A stretch of 64,000 nt of DNA from an uncultured Gemmatimonadales bacterium (lineage in GTDB: Bacteria; Gemmatimonadota; Gemmatimonadetes; Gemmatimonadales; Gemmatimonadaceae), in contig CAWBZV010000002.1 of assembly GCA_963793305.1 (NCBI GenBank), forward strand, positions 736,001-800,000. Reading direction: 5' to 3'. The stretch's first letter is position 1. Each line of letters opens with the position of its first letter. This document shows positions 38,758 through 47,928 of the stretch, piece after piece. Made by a program: the position numbers and the translations under genes. The notes under the pieces were generated by a model that was not told where the DNA came from, made no database searches, and saw only the letters and a program-made list of their open reading frames with translations.

Positions 38758-39753
38758 ATGCCTCTTCGAGCCGCCAGCCTGCGTTTCCCGTGCGAACGCG
38801 TGCTGCTCGCGCGGACGAAACTGGCGTACGTGCACGTGCGGAACCTCCTCACGGACGCCAAGCGAGACCGCGCCGGGAGAGTCTACGGCTACGTCGCCAT
38901 CTGGCTCCCCGAAGAGTTTCTGGTCCTGTACGTCCGTTCCGGTGAAGTGGTAAACGCGATGGCCCTCGACGATGAGGGCTATCGCGCCCTCTCGATCGCG
39001 GACGCGATCGATCTCGTGCCGGCCGAGCCCGAGTTCGGCGAGATCTGTTTTCACGAGGCGAGCGACCGTCAGCTCGCCTGCATGCACTTCTCGCAGATGG
39101 AAGAGCCGACGCCGTGGCCGCCCGAGCTCGACCCGACCGACCCGGAAGCGCTCTTCGCGCACCTCGGCGCGACGACATTCGACGGAATGCTGGAGATCGT
39201 CGACGATGGCGCGATCCACTACGTCATGCTGCGCGACGGCCTCGTCGAGCACTGCTTTCTCGGGTGCGGCACCGCGAAGACCGATGAGCCCGAAGTCCTG
39301 CGCGCCCGCCGCCCGTTCAGCGAGACCGCCGATCGGAAGACGCTCGGCGTGTTTCGCTGGCCGGTCCCGCCGCCACTGCCGGTACAGGCCAACCCGAGCC
39401 TGATCCAAGCCTACCGGGAGCTGACGCACGCGCTCGTGAGCCGACTGGTCGAAGGTGGCAACCCCGGGGCGCCCAAGGTCGCGGAATACGCCCGCGAAGC
39501 CCTGGTGCCGGATCATCCCTGTCTCGCCTGTTTTTCGGCGCTCTCGCAGGCGCCCGACCTCCACGATCCCGTGGTCGACGCCGAAGCGCTCACGGCCGCG
39601 GTCGCGCAATGGGTGCAAGAGATCATTCTGGCGGCGGTGGATCTGGACACCACGCGTCCCGAGGAGATCTTGCGTAGCGTGACCCACGAGCGGCGCCGCG
39701 CATTTCAGTCGGCAGGATTCTTTCAAAGGCTGCCCTGGCCGATCACGTGGTAG
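38758..39753 (+). CDS. Hypothetical protein
   Basis: Long ORF with genome-typical codon usage; overlaps the rsmI start. Confidence 0.7.
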   Translation: MPLRAASLRFPCERVLLARTKLAYVHVRNLLTDAKRDRAGRVYGYVAIWLPEEFLVLYVRSGEVVNAMALDDEGYRALSIADAIDLVPAEPEFGEICFHEASDRQLACMHFSQMEEPTPWPPELDPTDPEALFAHLGATTFDGMLEIVDDGAIHYVMLRDGLVEHCFLGCGTAKTDEPEVLRARRPFSETADRKTLGVFRWPVPPPLPVQANPSLIQAYRELTHALVSRLVEGGNPGAPKVAEYAREALVPDHPCLACFSALSQAPDLHDPVVDAEALTAAVAQWVQEIILAAVDLDTTRPEEILRSVTHERRRAFQSAGFFQRLPWPITW

Positions 39754-40565
39754 AGGGTCGGCTCTACGTCGTCAGCACCCCGATCGGCAACCTCGCCGAT
39801 CTGACGTTTCGCGCCGTCGACATTCTCAAGACCGTCGACCGGATCCTCTGCGAGGACACACGCCACACGCGGATCTTACTGGATCATTACGCGATCCGGA
39901 CACCGACGAGCGCGTATCACGAGCACAACGAGGCCAAAGCGACCCCGCGTATCGTCGCCGAGCTTGCCAAAGGCGCGGCGCTGGCGCTCGTCACCGACGC
40001 CGGTACGCCGATTCTCTCGGATCCCGGCGCCCGCCTCGTCCGCGCGGCGATCGAGGCTGGCGTGCCCGTCGAGCCAGTGCCCGGCGCGTCGGCCCTGTTG
40101 GCGGCGATCGTCGCCGCTGGGCTCGATGCGGACCGGTTCACGTTCTTCGGGTTCCTGCCCCGGAAGGGCGCCGAGCGGCGGAGTCTCGTCAGCCAGATTG
40201 CAACGGCTGAGCATCTCACGATCTTGTATGAAGCGCCCGGGCGGGTTGCCGCGACGCTGGCCGAGATCGGCGGGACTCGCCAGGCGGTTGTGGCGCGGGA
40301 ACTGACGAAGCAGTTCGAGGAGCTCCGGCGCGGAACGGTGGACGAGTTGGCGGCGTACTACGCAGAGCACCCTCCGCGAGGGGAGGTGGTTGTGTTGATC
40401 GCCGGAGGTACGGCGTCTCCACCGGATGAAGCCGTGGTCCGGAAGCGCGCCGTGGCTCTTCGTACGCAGGGCGCCCCGGCTCGCGAGATCATGCAGGCGC
40501 TGACGGCCGAGTTTGGGCTGGCGCGCAATGTGGCATATCGGTTGGCGCACGAGGAGGAAGAATGA
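39747..40565 (+). CDS. rsmI: 16S rRNA C1402 2'-O-methyltransferase
   Basis: LYVVSTPIGNL, CEDTR, DAGTPILSDPG, ARELTKQFEE, RGEVV. Confidence 0.96.
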   Translation: MVEGRLYVVSTPIGNLADLTFRAVDILKTVDRILCEDTRHTRILLDHYAIRTPTSAYHEHNEAKATPRIVAELAKGAALALVTDAGTPILSDPGARLVRAAIEAGVPVEPVPGASALLAAIVAAGLDADRFTFFGFLPRKGAERRSLVSQIATAEHLTILYEAPGRVAATLAEIGGTRQAVVARELTKQFEELRRGTVDELAAYYAEHPPRGEVVVLIAGGTASPPDEAVVRKRAVALRTQGAPAREIMQALTAEFGLARNVAYRLAHEEEE

Positions 40566-40657
40566 GGGCAGCCACGACGTTGCCAGCGAGGGCAGCCGCG
40601 ACGTTGCCGTTGAGGGCAGCCGCGACGTTGCAGTTGAGAGCAGCCACGACGTTGCTA
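40562..40657 (+). repeat. 4 x 24-bp tandem repeat in the 5' end of the DUF4159 gene
   Basis: Units share GAGGGCAGCCRCGACGTTGC; peptide MRAATTLP/ARAAATLP/LRAAATLQ/LRAATTLL. Confidence 0.9.
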
Positions 40658-41326
40658 CTGGCAGTTGCGACGCTCGGCTGGGCCAGTCGAGACACGGCGT
40701 CGAAGGCGCGAAGCGCCGAGACGCGCTTGACTGTCGCGCGACTGCAGTACGATGGCGGCGGAGACTGGTATGCGAACCCGTCGAGCCTCCCGAACCTCCT
40801 CGCGGCTATTTCAGAACGAACGTCGCTCAAAGTCGAGCGGACCGAAGCCCGCGTCACGCTCATGGATGATCGCCTGTGGGACTATCCGTTTCTCCACGTC
40901 ACGGGACACGGGAATATCCATTTCAGCGATCAAGAGATCGTGCGTTTGCGCGAGTATCTCGCCCGAGGCGGATTCCTGCACGTCGATGACAACTACGGCC
41001 TGGACGAAGCCTTCCGCCGTGAGATCGCTCGCGTCTTCCCGGACCGGCCGCTCGTCGACGTCCCTCTCTCGCACCCGATCTATCACATTGTCTACGATTT
41101 CCCGAAAGGCGTGCCGAAGATTCACGAGCACGATGGGAAACCGGCCAGAGGATTCGGCATTTTTATTGGCGATCGGCTCGCGGTGTACTACACGTTCTCC
41201 AGTGATCTCGGGAATGGGTGGGAGGACGTTGGCACCTATGATGATCCCCCAGCGCTGCATGAGGCGGCGCTCCGTATGGGCGTCAATCTGTTCGTGTACG
41301 CGGTGACGAGCCGGCCGGTCTCGTGA
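40562..41326 (+). CDS. DUF4159 domain protein
   Basis: ARLQYDGGGDWYANP, PFLHVTGHG, GGFLHVDD, DLGNGWE, ALRMGVN. Confidence 0.85.
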   Translation: MRAATTLPARAAATLPLRAAATLQLRAATTLLLAVATLGWASRDTASKARSAETRLTVARLQYDGGGDWYANPSSLPNLLAAISERTSLKVERTEARVTLMDDRLWDYPFLHVTGHGNIHFSDQEIVRLREYLARGGFLHVDDNYGLDEAFRREIARVFPDRPLVDVPLSHPIYHIVYDFPKGVPKIHEHDGKPARGFGIFIGDRLAVYYTFSSDLGNGWEDVGTYDDPPALHEAALRMGVNLFVYAVTSRPVS

Positions 41327-44300
41327 CCGTCCACGACCTGGTCGAACGCGAGCGCGCGCGGCTCACGCGATCGACGACCGCGAGAGGCGGCGCGATCGCC
41401 ACTGCCGGCGTCGCGCTCGTCCTCGCGGCTGCCGTCGCGCTGCTCGGCGATGCGCGCTGGCTCGACCTGCCACCGCTCATTCCGTTCATCGTCTGGGTAC
41501 TGGCGATCGGCGCGGCAGCGGCCGGCATTGCGCTCACGGTCGCCTGGCTTCGCCGCAACACGACCCGCGTCGCGGTGGCCCGCACGATCGAGCACGAGCG
41601 CAAGCTCCGAGCAGGCGCTCTGCAGGGCGCGCTCGAAGTCGAGAACACCGGCGCCCTCGGTCGTCGTGGCGCCGCCGACCTCGTCGCCCGGCTCAAGGGC
41701 GCTGCCCTGGCGCCGGTGACGCAGAAGAGCGCGGGTCGGCGTGCGCTCGCCGGCGCGTTCACCGCCGTCTTCGGCGTCGCCGCCTGCGTCGCGCTCGCGC
41801 AATGGTCGCCGGACGGCTGGAGCGCGGTGCTGCATCCCATCCGCGCGTGGCGCGGCACCCTCTTGCCACGGCTCGTCATCGACGCGCCCGCGGACGTGCT
41901 GCGCGGTGAGCGCACCACGGTGCGCGTGACCGCGCCCGGGCGGCATCGGGTCGCCGTGTATTCCCGTACGCGTGGTGCGGAATGGTCCGCGCGCTGGTAC
42001 CCGGTCAATGACGACGGAGCGGCGCGCCTCGCCGTCGGACCGATGGACGCGGATGTCGCGCTCGTCGCCAACGATGGGCGGGCCGCGAGCGACACGGTCT
42101 TCGTGCGCGTGAGCGACAAGCCATTCCTGGGTGGCATTGCGCTTCGCGCCATCTATCCCGCATACCTCAAGCGCGTGGACGAGGCATTGCCGGCCGGCGA
42201 AGTCGCCCGTGTGCCGGTCGGTACTCGCATCGCGATCAACGGTCGCGCATCCACGGAGCTCTCGGCCGTTGCGCTCGTTCGCGGCGCCGATACGAGTCAT
42301 TTCGGCGTCAGCGGGCATCGGTTCGAGGGCTCGCTGCGCGCGAACCTCGGCGGGAGCGGGCGATACGACTGGCGCGCCACGGGCACGAACGGCGCGATCG
42401 CCGACCTGCCAGCGGCACTCGAGCTCGAGGTCGTGCCGGACTCGGCGCCGAAGATCGAGATCCTCTCGCCGGCGCGCGATACGATCGTCACGCCCGGCGA
42501 TCGCGTTGAGGTGTCGCTGTCGGCGACTGATGATCACGGCCTGGCGAGCATCGCGGTGCGCAGTTGGCGCGCATCGACGAACGGGACGGCGTGGAGCAAC
42601 TCGCCGGTGGTGAACGAGACGATCACGCTGCCGACGCCGGCCCAGTGGAGCGGGACGTCCGTGCTCGATCTGAGTCAGCGCGGCCTGGGGCAGGGTGATG
42701 CGCTGCACGTCGTGGCGGTCGCGACGGATGACTCGCCGTGGCATCAGACCGGGATGAGTCGCGAGCTCATTCTCCGGGTGCCGAGCGTGGCCGAGGAGCG
42801 GACGCTCGCGCGGTCGACCGCGGACTCCGCCGCGTCGGCGGCGGCATCGATCGCGCAGGCGCAGCGCTCGCTGGAGCAGCGCACGGACGATGCATCGCGC
42901 GCGCGGGGACAGCGCAACGGATCACCGCAGGCCTCGCCGCGACAGAACCAGCCCGGTGGCGGAACATCCAACGGCGCGTCCGGACAGCAGTCGATGTCGT
43001 ACGCGTCGGCCGAGCAGGCGAAAGCGTTGGCACAGGAGCAACGGCAGCTCGCGGACAAGGTCAAGTCGCTCGAGCAGCAGGCCAAGCAACTGGAGCAGCA
43101 ATTAAAGCAGGCCGGGTCGCTCGACTCGGGGCTCGCCAATGAGCTGCATCAAGCGCAACAGCTGCTCCGCGACGCGCTGACTCCCGAGCTCAAAGCGCAA
43201 CTCGACAAGCTCGATCACTCGGCGCAGTCGCTGCAGAGTGGTGACGAGCGGCAGACCTTGGGCGATCTGGCGCGAGAGCAGCAGAAGCTGCGTGAGCAGC
43301 TCGAGCGCACGGTGGACGTGCTCAAACGCGCGGCGCTCGAAGGCTCCATGCAGACGTTGCATGACGAGGCCAAGGATCTGGCGCATCGCGACAGTGCGTT
43401 GAGCCAGAAGTCGCAACAGTCGCGTGGGCAACAAAGCCCGAACGCGCAGGAGGCGAAGGAGCTAGCCGACAGGTCACGCGACCTTTCGCACGCGGTCGAT
43501 AGTCTTTCCAAGCGACTCTCGCGTGAGAAGGCCGAGACGGGTGCCAAGGGTGTGAGCGAGGCGCAGCCGCACGTCGATGCGTCGACGCAAGACATGGATC
43601 GCGCGGCTGGCATGCAGCCACAGACTGGTTCGCAGCAGCAAGCGAACGCACAGCAACAGCCCGGCCAGCAACCCGGCGCTCAGCAGCAGCCTGGTACCCA
43701 GCAGCAGCCCGGCCAGCTACAGCTCCGCGCTGGTCAGCAGGGCGCGCCGCAGCCACAGCCTGGCGACGCGCGTCAGCAGATGGCTCAGCGCTCGGGTCAG
43801 CCGCAAACTGGTCAGCAAGCCGGCCAGCAGAGTGGTCAGCAAGCGGCGCAACAGGGTGCCCAGGAGATGGGCCAAGCGGCGCAGCAGCTGGCTGACGCGC
43901 GCAACGCGCAGATCGGCGAGTGGAAATCGGCGACGACGTTGGAGCTCGATCGCTCGATCCAAGAGACGTTGCAGATGGCGCGGCAGGAGCAGGATCTGGC
44001 TCAGCAAGCACAGCAGAACAGCAGTGACGCCGCAAGTCTCAAGAGCGAGCAGAGCGCGATACAGCAGGGAGTCGACCAGGCGAATGCCCGACTGCAAAAG
44101 GCCGGTCGCCAGTCCGCGCTGATCTCCGGCAATGCCCAGCGCGCCGTGAGCGAGGCGCGGGCCAAGGTCCAACAAGCGACCAGTGAGCTCCAAGCCAACT
44201 CGTCGGCCGGATCGCAGTCCGGCGGTCAGACCGGATCGGGGCAGCAGACCGCGGGCGCGATGCGGGATGCCGCGGACGCGCTCAATCAGGCTGCCGCGTC

Positions 44301-44871
44301 GCTGGTTCGCGATCGTGAGAGAGCGAACCAGGCGACGTCCTCGTCGGGGCTGGCGGAGATGCTGCAGCAGATGCAGCAGCTCGCGCAGCAGCAGGGCCAG
44401 CTCAACGCGCAGTCGCAGGGACTCTCGCTCATGCCTGGCGCGAATGGGCAGCCGAGTGCCGAGGCGCAGGCGTTGGCCGAGCGGCAGCGGCGGGTGGCGC
44501 AGTCGCTCGACGCGGTTGGCGGCGGCGACGCCAGCGGTCGCGCCGACGCCCTCGCGAAGGAGGCGCGCGAAATCGCCGCCGCGCTCGCGCGGAGCGGGCC
44601 GGACCCGAGCACGATCAATCGCCAGCAGCGCTTGTATCACCGGCTGCTCGACGCGGGACACACGCTCGAGCAGGACGAGCGCGATTCGACGGGCAAGCGT
44701 CAGGCGCAGGCGGCCGTCGATCGCCCCGGCTTCGTCCCCGGTTCGGCGCCCGTCGAGGGCAAGAGCGCGTCCAAGTTCCGGGAGCCGACCTGGAACGAGC
44801 TTCGCGGGCTGAGCGCCGAGGAGCGACAGCTCGTCATCGACTACTTCAAGCGCATCAATGCGCAGCAGTAG
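41323..44871 (+). CDS. DUF4175-like large membrane protein with Gln-rich coiled coils
   Basis: N-terminal TMs, IYPAY, DSAPKIEI, ATDDHGL, long Q-rich helices, ends IDYFKRIN. Confidence 0.75.
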   Translation: MTVHDLVERERARLTRSTTARGGAIATAGVALVLAAAVALLGDARWLDLPPLIPFIVWVLAIGAAAAGIALTVAWLRRNTTRVAVARTIEHERKLRAGALQGALEVENTGALGRRGAADLVARLKGAALAPVTQKSAGRRALAGAFTAVFGVAACVALAQWSPDGWSAVLHPIRAWRGTLLPRLVIDAPADVLRGERTTVRVTAPGRHRVAVYSRTRGAEWSARWYPVNDDGAARLAVGPMDADVALVANDGRAASDTVFVRVSDKPFLGGIALRAIYPAYLKRVDEALPAGEVARVPVGTRIAINGRASTELSAVALVRGADTSHFGVSGHRFEGSLRANLGGSGRYDWRATGTNGAIADLPAALELEVVPDSAPKIEILSPARDTIVTPGDRVEVSLSATDDHGLASIAVRSWRASTNGTAWSNSPVVNETITLPTPAQWSGTSVLDLSQRGLGQGDALHVVAVATDDSPWHQTGMSRELILRVPSVAEERTLARSTADSAASAAASIAQAQRSLEQRTDDASRARGQRNGSPQASPRQNQPGGGTSNGASGQQSMSYASAEQAKALAQEQRQLADKVKSLEQQAKQLEQQLKQAGSLDSGLANELHQAQQLLRDALTPELKAQLDKLDHSAQSLQSGDERQTLGDLAREQQKLREQLERTVDVLKRAALEGSMQTLHDEAKDLAHRDSALSQKSQQSRGQQSPNAQEAKELADRSRDLSHAVDSLSKRLSREKAETGAKGVSEAQPHVDASTQDMDRAAGMQPQTGSQQQANAQQQPGQQPGAQQQPGTQQQPGQLQLRAGQQGAPQPQPGDARQQMAQRSGQPQTGQQAGQQSGQQAAQQGAQEMGQAAQQLADARNAQIGEWKSATTLELDRSIQETLQMARQEQDLAQQAQQNSSDAASLKSEQSAIQQGVDQANARLQKAGRQSALISGNAQRAVSEARAKVQQATSELQANSSAGSQSGGQTGSGQQTAGAMRDAADALNQAAASLVRDRERANQATSSSGLAEMLQQMQQLAQQQGQLNAQSQGLSLMPGANGQPSAEAQALAERQRRVAQSLDAVGGGDASGRADALAKEAREIAAALARSGPDPSTINRQQRLYHRLLDAGHTLEQDERDSTGKRQAQAAVDRPGFVPGSAPVEGKSASKFREPTWNELRGLSAEERQLVIDYFKRINAQQ

Positions 44872-46561
44872 AACGCTCGCTCTGTTGTGCGCCTTCCTGA
44901 CGGCAGCCCGGGCGGCCGCGCAGGACCCGTCGCCCCTGTCCGCCGGGTACGATGCCGAGCAGCGGGGAGATTGGGCCGAGGCGGCCGCGAATTATCGCAA
45001 GGCACTCCACGCGGGCGGCAACATGGCCGCGTCCGTACTCGGCTTGGAACGGGTGTTCGCCGAGATCAACCACACGGACTCGCTGCTGCCAGTCCTCGAC
45101 ACGGTGATCGCGGAGCGCCCAAAAGATGCAGTGTTCCGCTCTGTCCAACTCCGGGCGCTCCGGATGCTCGGACGCCAGGACGAGGAGCGCGCGGCCTTCG
45201 AGCGCTGGGTCCGCGATGCCCCTCGCGATCCCACACCGTATCGCGACTACGCCCGCGCGCTGCTGGAGGAAGGCCGCCCGCAAACCGCCGACTCGGTCCT
45301 CGACCGCGCCCAGCGCGCTCTCGGCAGCGGCCGCGAGTTTCTCGTCGAGACCGCGCAACTCCGCGCGACGATGGGCTTGTGGGATGCTTCGGCGCGCGCC
45401 TGGCGCACGGTCGTCGACAGCGCCCCCGATCTCGCCTCGAGCTCGGCCTACGCGCTGCGGCCTACGCCGCGCCCGTCGCGCGACAAGGTTCGCGCGGTGT
45501 TCCTTGCGCCCCCGGTCACGCTCGGCGCTCGTCGCGCGCTGGCATCGGTCGAGTTGGCCTGGGGCGACGCGAACGACGCCTGGATGGCCCTGTCGTCCGT
45601 GCGCCCGGACTCGGCCACCGTCGCCGCCTGGGACGAGTTCGGCGATGCCGCGTCGGCGCAGGGCGAGTGGCGGACGGCGCACGATGCATTCGCGGCGATC
45701 CTGGCGGTCTCGCACGCGCCGCCGCCGGCGCTCGCGCGCCTGGCGATCCGAGCCGGCGACGCCGCATTGCGCGCGGGCGACGCCTTGTCGGCGCTGGCGA
45801 TGACCAATCGCGCGTTGGCGACGGGGATCGATTCGGGGACCGCCGCGCGCATCGTGCTCCCGCTCAAGATTCGCGCTCTATCAGCCCTGGGCCGGGCGAG
45901 CGATGCCGATTTCACCCTGAGCGCCTACGCGAAGTTCGCCGATGACTCGTCGCGCGCGCGGCTCACACGCGATGTCGCGTGGGGCTACGTGCGATCCGGC
46001 GACATTGCCCGCGCGAAGACGGCCGTGGCCGCGGCTGGCCTCGGCGATGACCGCGAGCTTGCGGGATGGCTCGCGCTCTACGCCGGCGACCTCGGCGCCG
46101 CGCGCACGGCGCTCCGGCAAGCGGATGCGCCGACGGCCGACCTCGTCACGGCGCTCGCGCTCTTGGCGCGAACGAGAGCTGACACCGCGGTGCTCGTCGG
46201 CCACGCGTTCGTGGACCTGGCGCGCGGCGACACGACGGCCGCGGCGACGCAGTTCGTGGCCGCGAGTGACGTCGTGCGTGACGCGGCACCCCTCCTGCTC
46301 GCGACGGCGGCGCGACTGCACACGGCGCGGCGCGAAGACGCCGAAGCGATTCCGCTCTGGAAGAAGGTGGTCGAGCAGTACGCCGACGCACCCGAGGCGC
46401 CCGAGGCCGATTTGGAGTGGGGCCGCGCGCTCGCGCGCGGTCATGACGTGCAAGGTGCGTTGTCACGATGGGAGCACCTGATCTTGACATACCCGTCGAG
46501 CGCGCTGGTGCCGCAGGCCCGGCGCGAGGTCGAGGCCGCGCGCGGGAGCGCAACCTCGTAG
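44858..46561 (+). CDS. Exported TPR-repeat protein
   Basis: Signal peptide; helical repeats; VVEQYADAPEAPEA, LILTYPSSALVPQAR. Confidence 0.75.
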   Translation: MRSSRTLALLCAFLTAARAAAQDPSPLSAGYDAEQRGDWAEAAANYRKALHAGGNMAASVLGLERVFAEINHTDSLLPVLDTVIAERPKDAVFRSVQLRALRMLGRQDEERAAFERWVRDAPRDPTPYRDYARALLEEGRPQTADSVLDRAQRALGSGREFLVETAQLRATMGLWDASARAWRTVVDSAPDLASSSAYALRPTPRPSRDKVRAVFLAPPVTLGARRALASVELAWGDANDAWMALSSVRPDSATVAAWDEFGDAASAQGEWRTAHDAFAAILAVSHAPPPALARLAIRAGDAALRAGDALSALAMTNRALATGIDSGTAARIVLPLKIRALSALGRASDADFTLSAYAKFADDSSRARLTRDVAWGYVRSGDIARAKTAVAAAGLGDDRELAGWLALYAGDLGAARTALRQADAPTADLVTALALLARTRADTAVLVGHAFVDLARGDTTAAATQFVAASDVVRDAAPLLLATAARLHTARREDAEAIPLWKKVVEQYADAPEAPEADLEWGRALARGHDVQGALSRWEHLILTYPSSALVPQARREVEAARGSATS

Positions 46562-46641
46562 ATCTGAGCGTAGCGAAGATCAGTCCAACCGACAAGTTCT
46601 AGCAGGGTGCGTAGTTTGCACCCGTGCTAGATTTCGTTCGT

Positions 46642-47928
46642 ATGGTATCGCGACGGAAACTGCTCGCAGGGATGGCGGCCGCGGCGCTGGCTCGCGCGAC
46701 GCGCGTCGACCTGTGGCACGCCGCGGTGCCGATGCTGCTGGTCCCGATGGACGATGACCAGCAAAATCACCTCAAGGCGTACGGGCTCACGTACAACACG
46801 CTCAAGGCCGGCATCAAAGGCGAGTGGCTCTTGAACTACAAGGGCGGCTCGTTCTTGCTGGCCGACCTGCCCGAGGTGAGACGACGGGCGGCTCTGGCGG
46901 GAGTGACGGTGACGCCGATCGCCGATGCGGATCTCGAGGCGGCGCGAAGCGAGATCGCCTCGAGCAACATGGACAGCATCGTGCTCGAGAAGGCGCCGAC
47001 GATCGCGGTGTACAGCCCGCCCAAGTCACCGCCGTGGGACGACGCGGTGACCTTGGCGCTCAACTACGCCGAAATCCCGTTCACGAACGTGTGGGATGAG
47101 CAAGTGATCGCCGGCGATCTGCCGAAATACGACTGGGTGCACCTCTTCCACGAAGATTTCACCGGTCAGTTCAACAAGCTCTATATCAACTCGCGCGGCG
47201 CGCCGTGGTTTCAGGAACAGGTCATGCGCGACCAGGGCGCGGCAAAACAATTAGGCTTCGCGAACGTGCCGGCGCTCAAGAAGGGGGTCGCCGAGCAGGT
47301 GCGGGCGTTCGTGCAGCACGGGGGGTTCCTGTTCGCGATGTGCGGCGCCACGGAGACGCTGGATCTCGCGTTGGCCTCGCACGACGTCGACATCGCCGGT
47401 CCGTTCTCCGATGGAACGCCCATGGATCCGAACGCCGATGCCAAGATGGATTGGTCGCGCGCGCTCGCGTTCCAGAACGCCCATCTCGAAACATCGCCGC
47501 TCGTGAACGCCATGAGCGATATCGACGGCCATCAGGCGAACGTCCCGGCGCGGAAGCAGCCGCTCGGCGCGTTCACGCTGTTTTCGTTCGCCGCCAAGTT
47601 CGATCCCGTGGCGTCGATGCTCGTGCAAAATCATCGCACGGTGATCCCCGATTTCTACGGCGTGACCTCGAGCTTTACGAAGGCGACGCTCAAGTCGGCC
47701 GACATCATCCTGGCGAACGAAGAAGGCGCGCCGTGGGTCAAGTACATCCACGGCGATTCCGGCAAGGGATCGTGGACGTTCCTCGGCGGTCATGATCCCG
47801 AGGATCCGCAACACGCGATCGGGAACCCGGCGACCGATTTGTCGCTGCACCCGAACTCGCCCGGGTATCGGTTGATCCTCAACAACGTGCTGTTTCCGGC
47901 CGCGAAGAAAAAACCCCTCAAGACGTGA
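46642..47928 (+). CDS. Exported protein with glutamine-amidotransferase-like fold, function unknown
   Basis: MVSRRKLL Tat-like leader; QNHLKAYG, WLLNYKGGSF, HEDFTGQ, GGFLFAMC, GHDPED. Confidence 0.7.
   Translation: MVSRRKLLAGMAAAALARATRVDLWHAAVPMLLVPMDDDQQNHLKAYGLTYNTLKAGIKGEWLLNYKGGSFLLADLPEVRRRAALAGVTVTPIADADLEAARSEIASSNMDSIVLEKAPTIAVYSPPKSPPWDDAVTLALNYAEIPFTNVWDEQVIAGDLPKYDWVHLFHEDFTGQFNKLYINSRGAPWFQEQVMRDQGAAKQLGFANVPALKKGVAEQVRAFVQHGGFLFAMCGATETLDLALASHDVDIAGPFSDGTPMDPNADAKMDWSRALAFQNAHLETSPLVNAMSDIDGHQANVPARKQPLGAFTLFSFAAKFDPVASMLVQNHRTVIPDFYGVTSSFTKATLKSADIILANEEGAPWVKYIHGDSGKGSWTFLGGHDPEDPQHAIGNPATDLSLHPNSPGYRLILNNVLFPAAKKKPLKT

Noticed and set aside
38595..38945. 116-aa ORF over the sRNA candidate, or SRP/6S identity for this region
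   Set aside because: The ORF runs through a terminator-like hairpin and overlaps the next gene; no SRP core motif or long 6S-type rod could be seen.
40562..40657. Possible CRISPR array
   Set aside because: Units are contiguous without unique spacers, lie in frame in a CDS, and no cas genes are present.
43600..43900. CAGCAG-rich repeats
   Set aside because: Explained by a Gln-rich low-complexity linker in the DUF4175-like protein.
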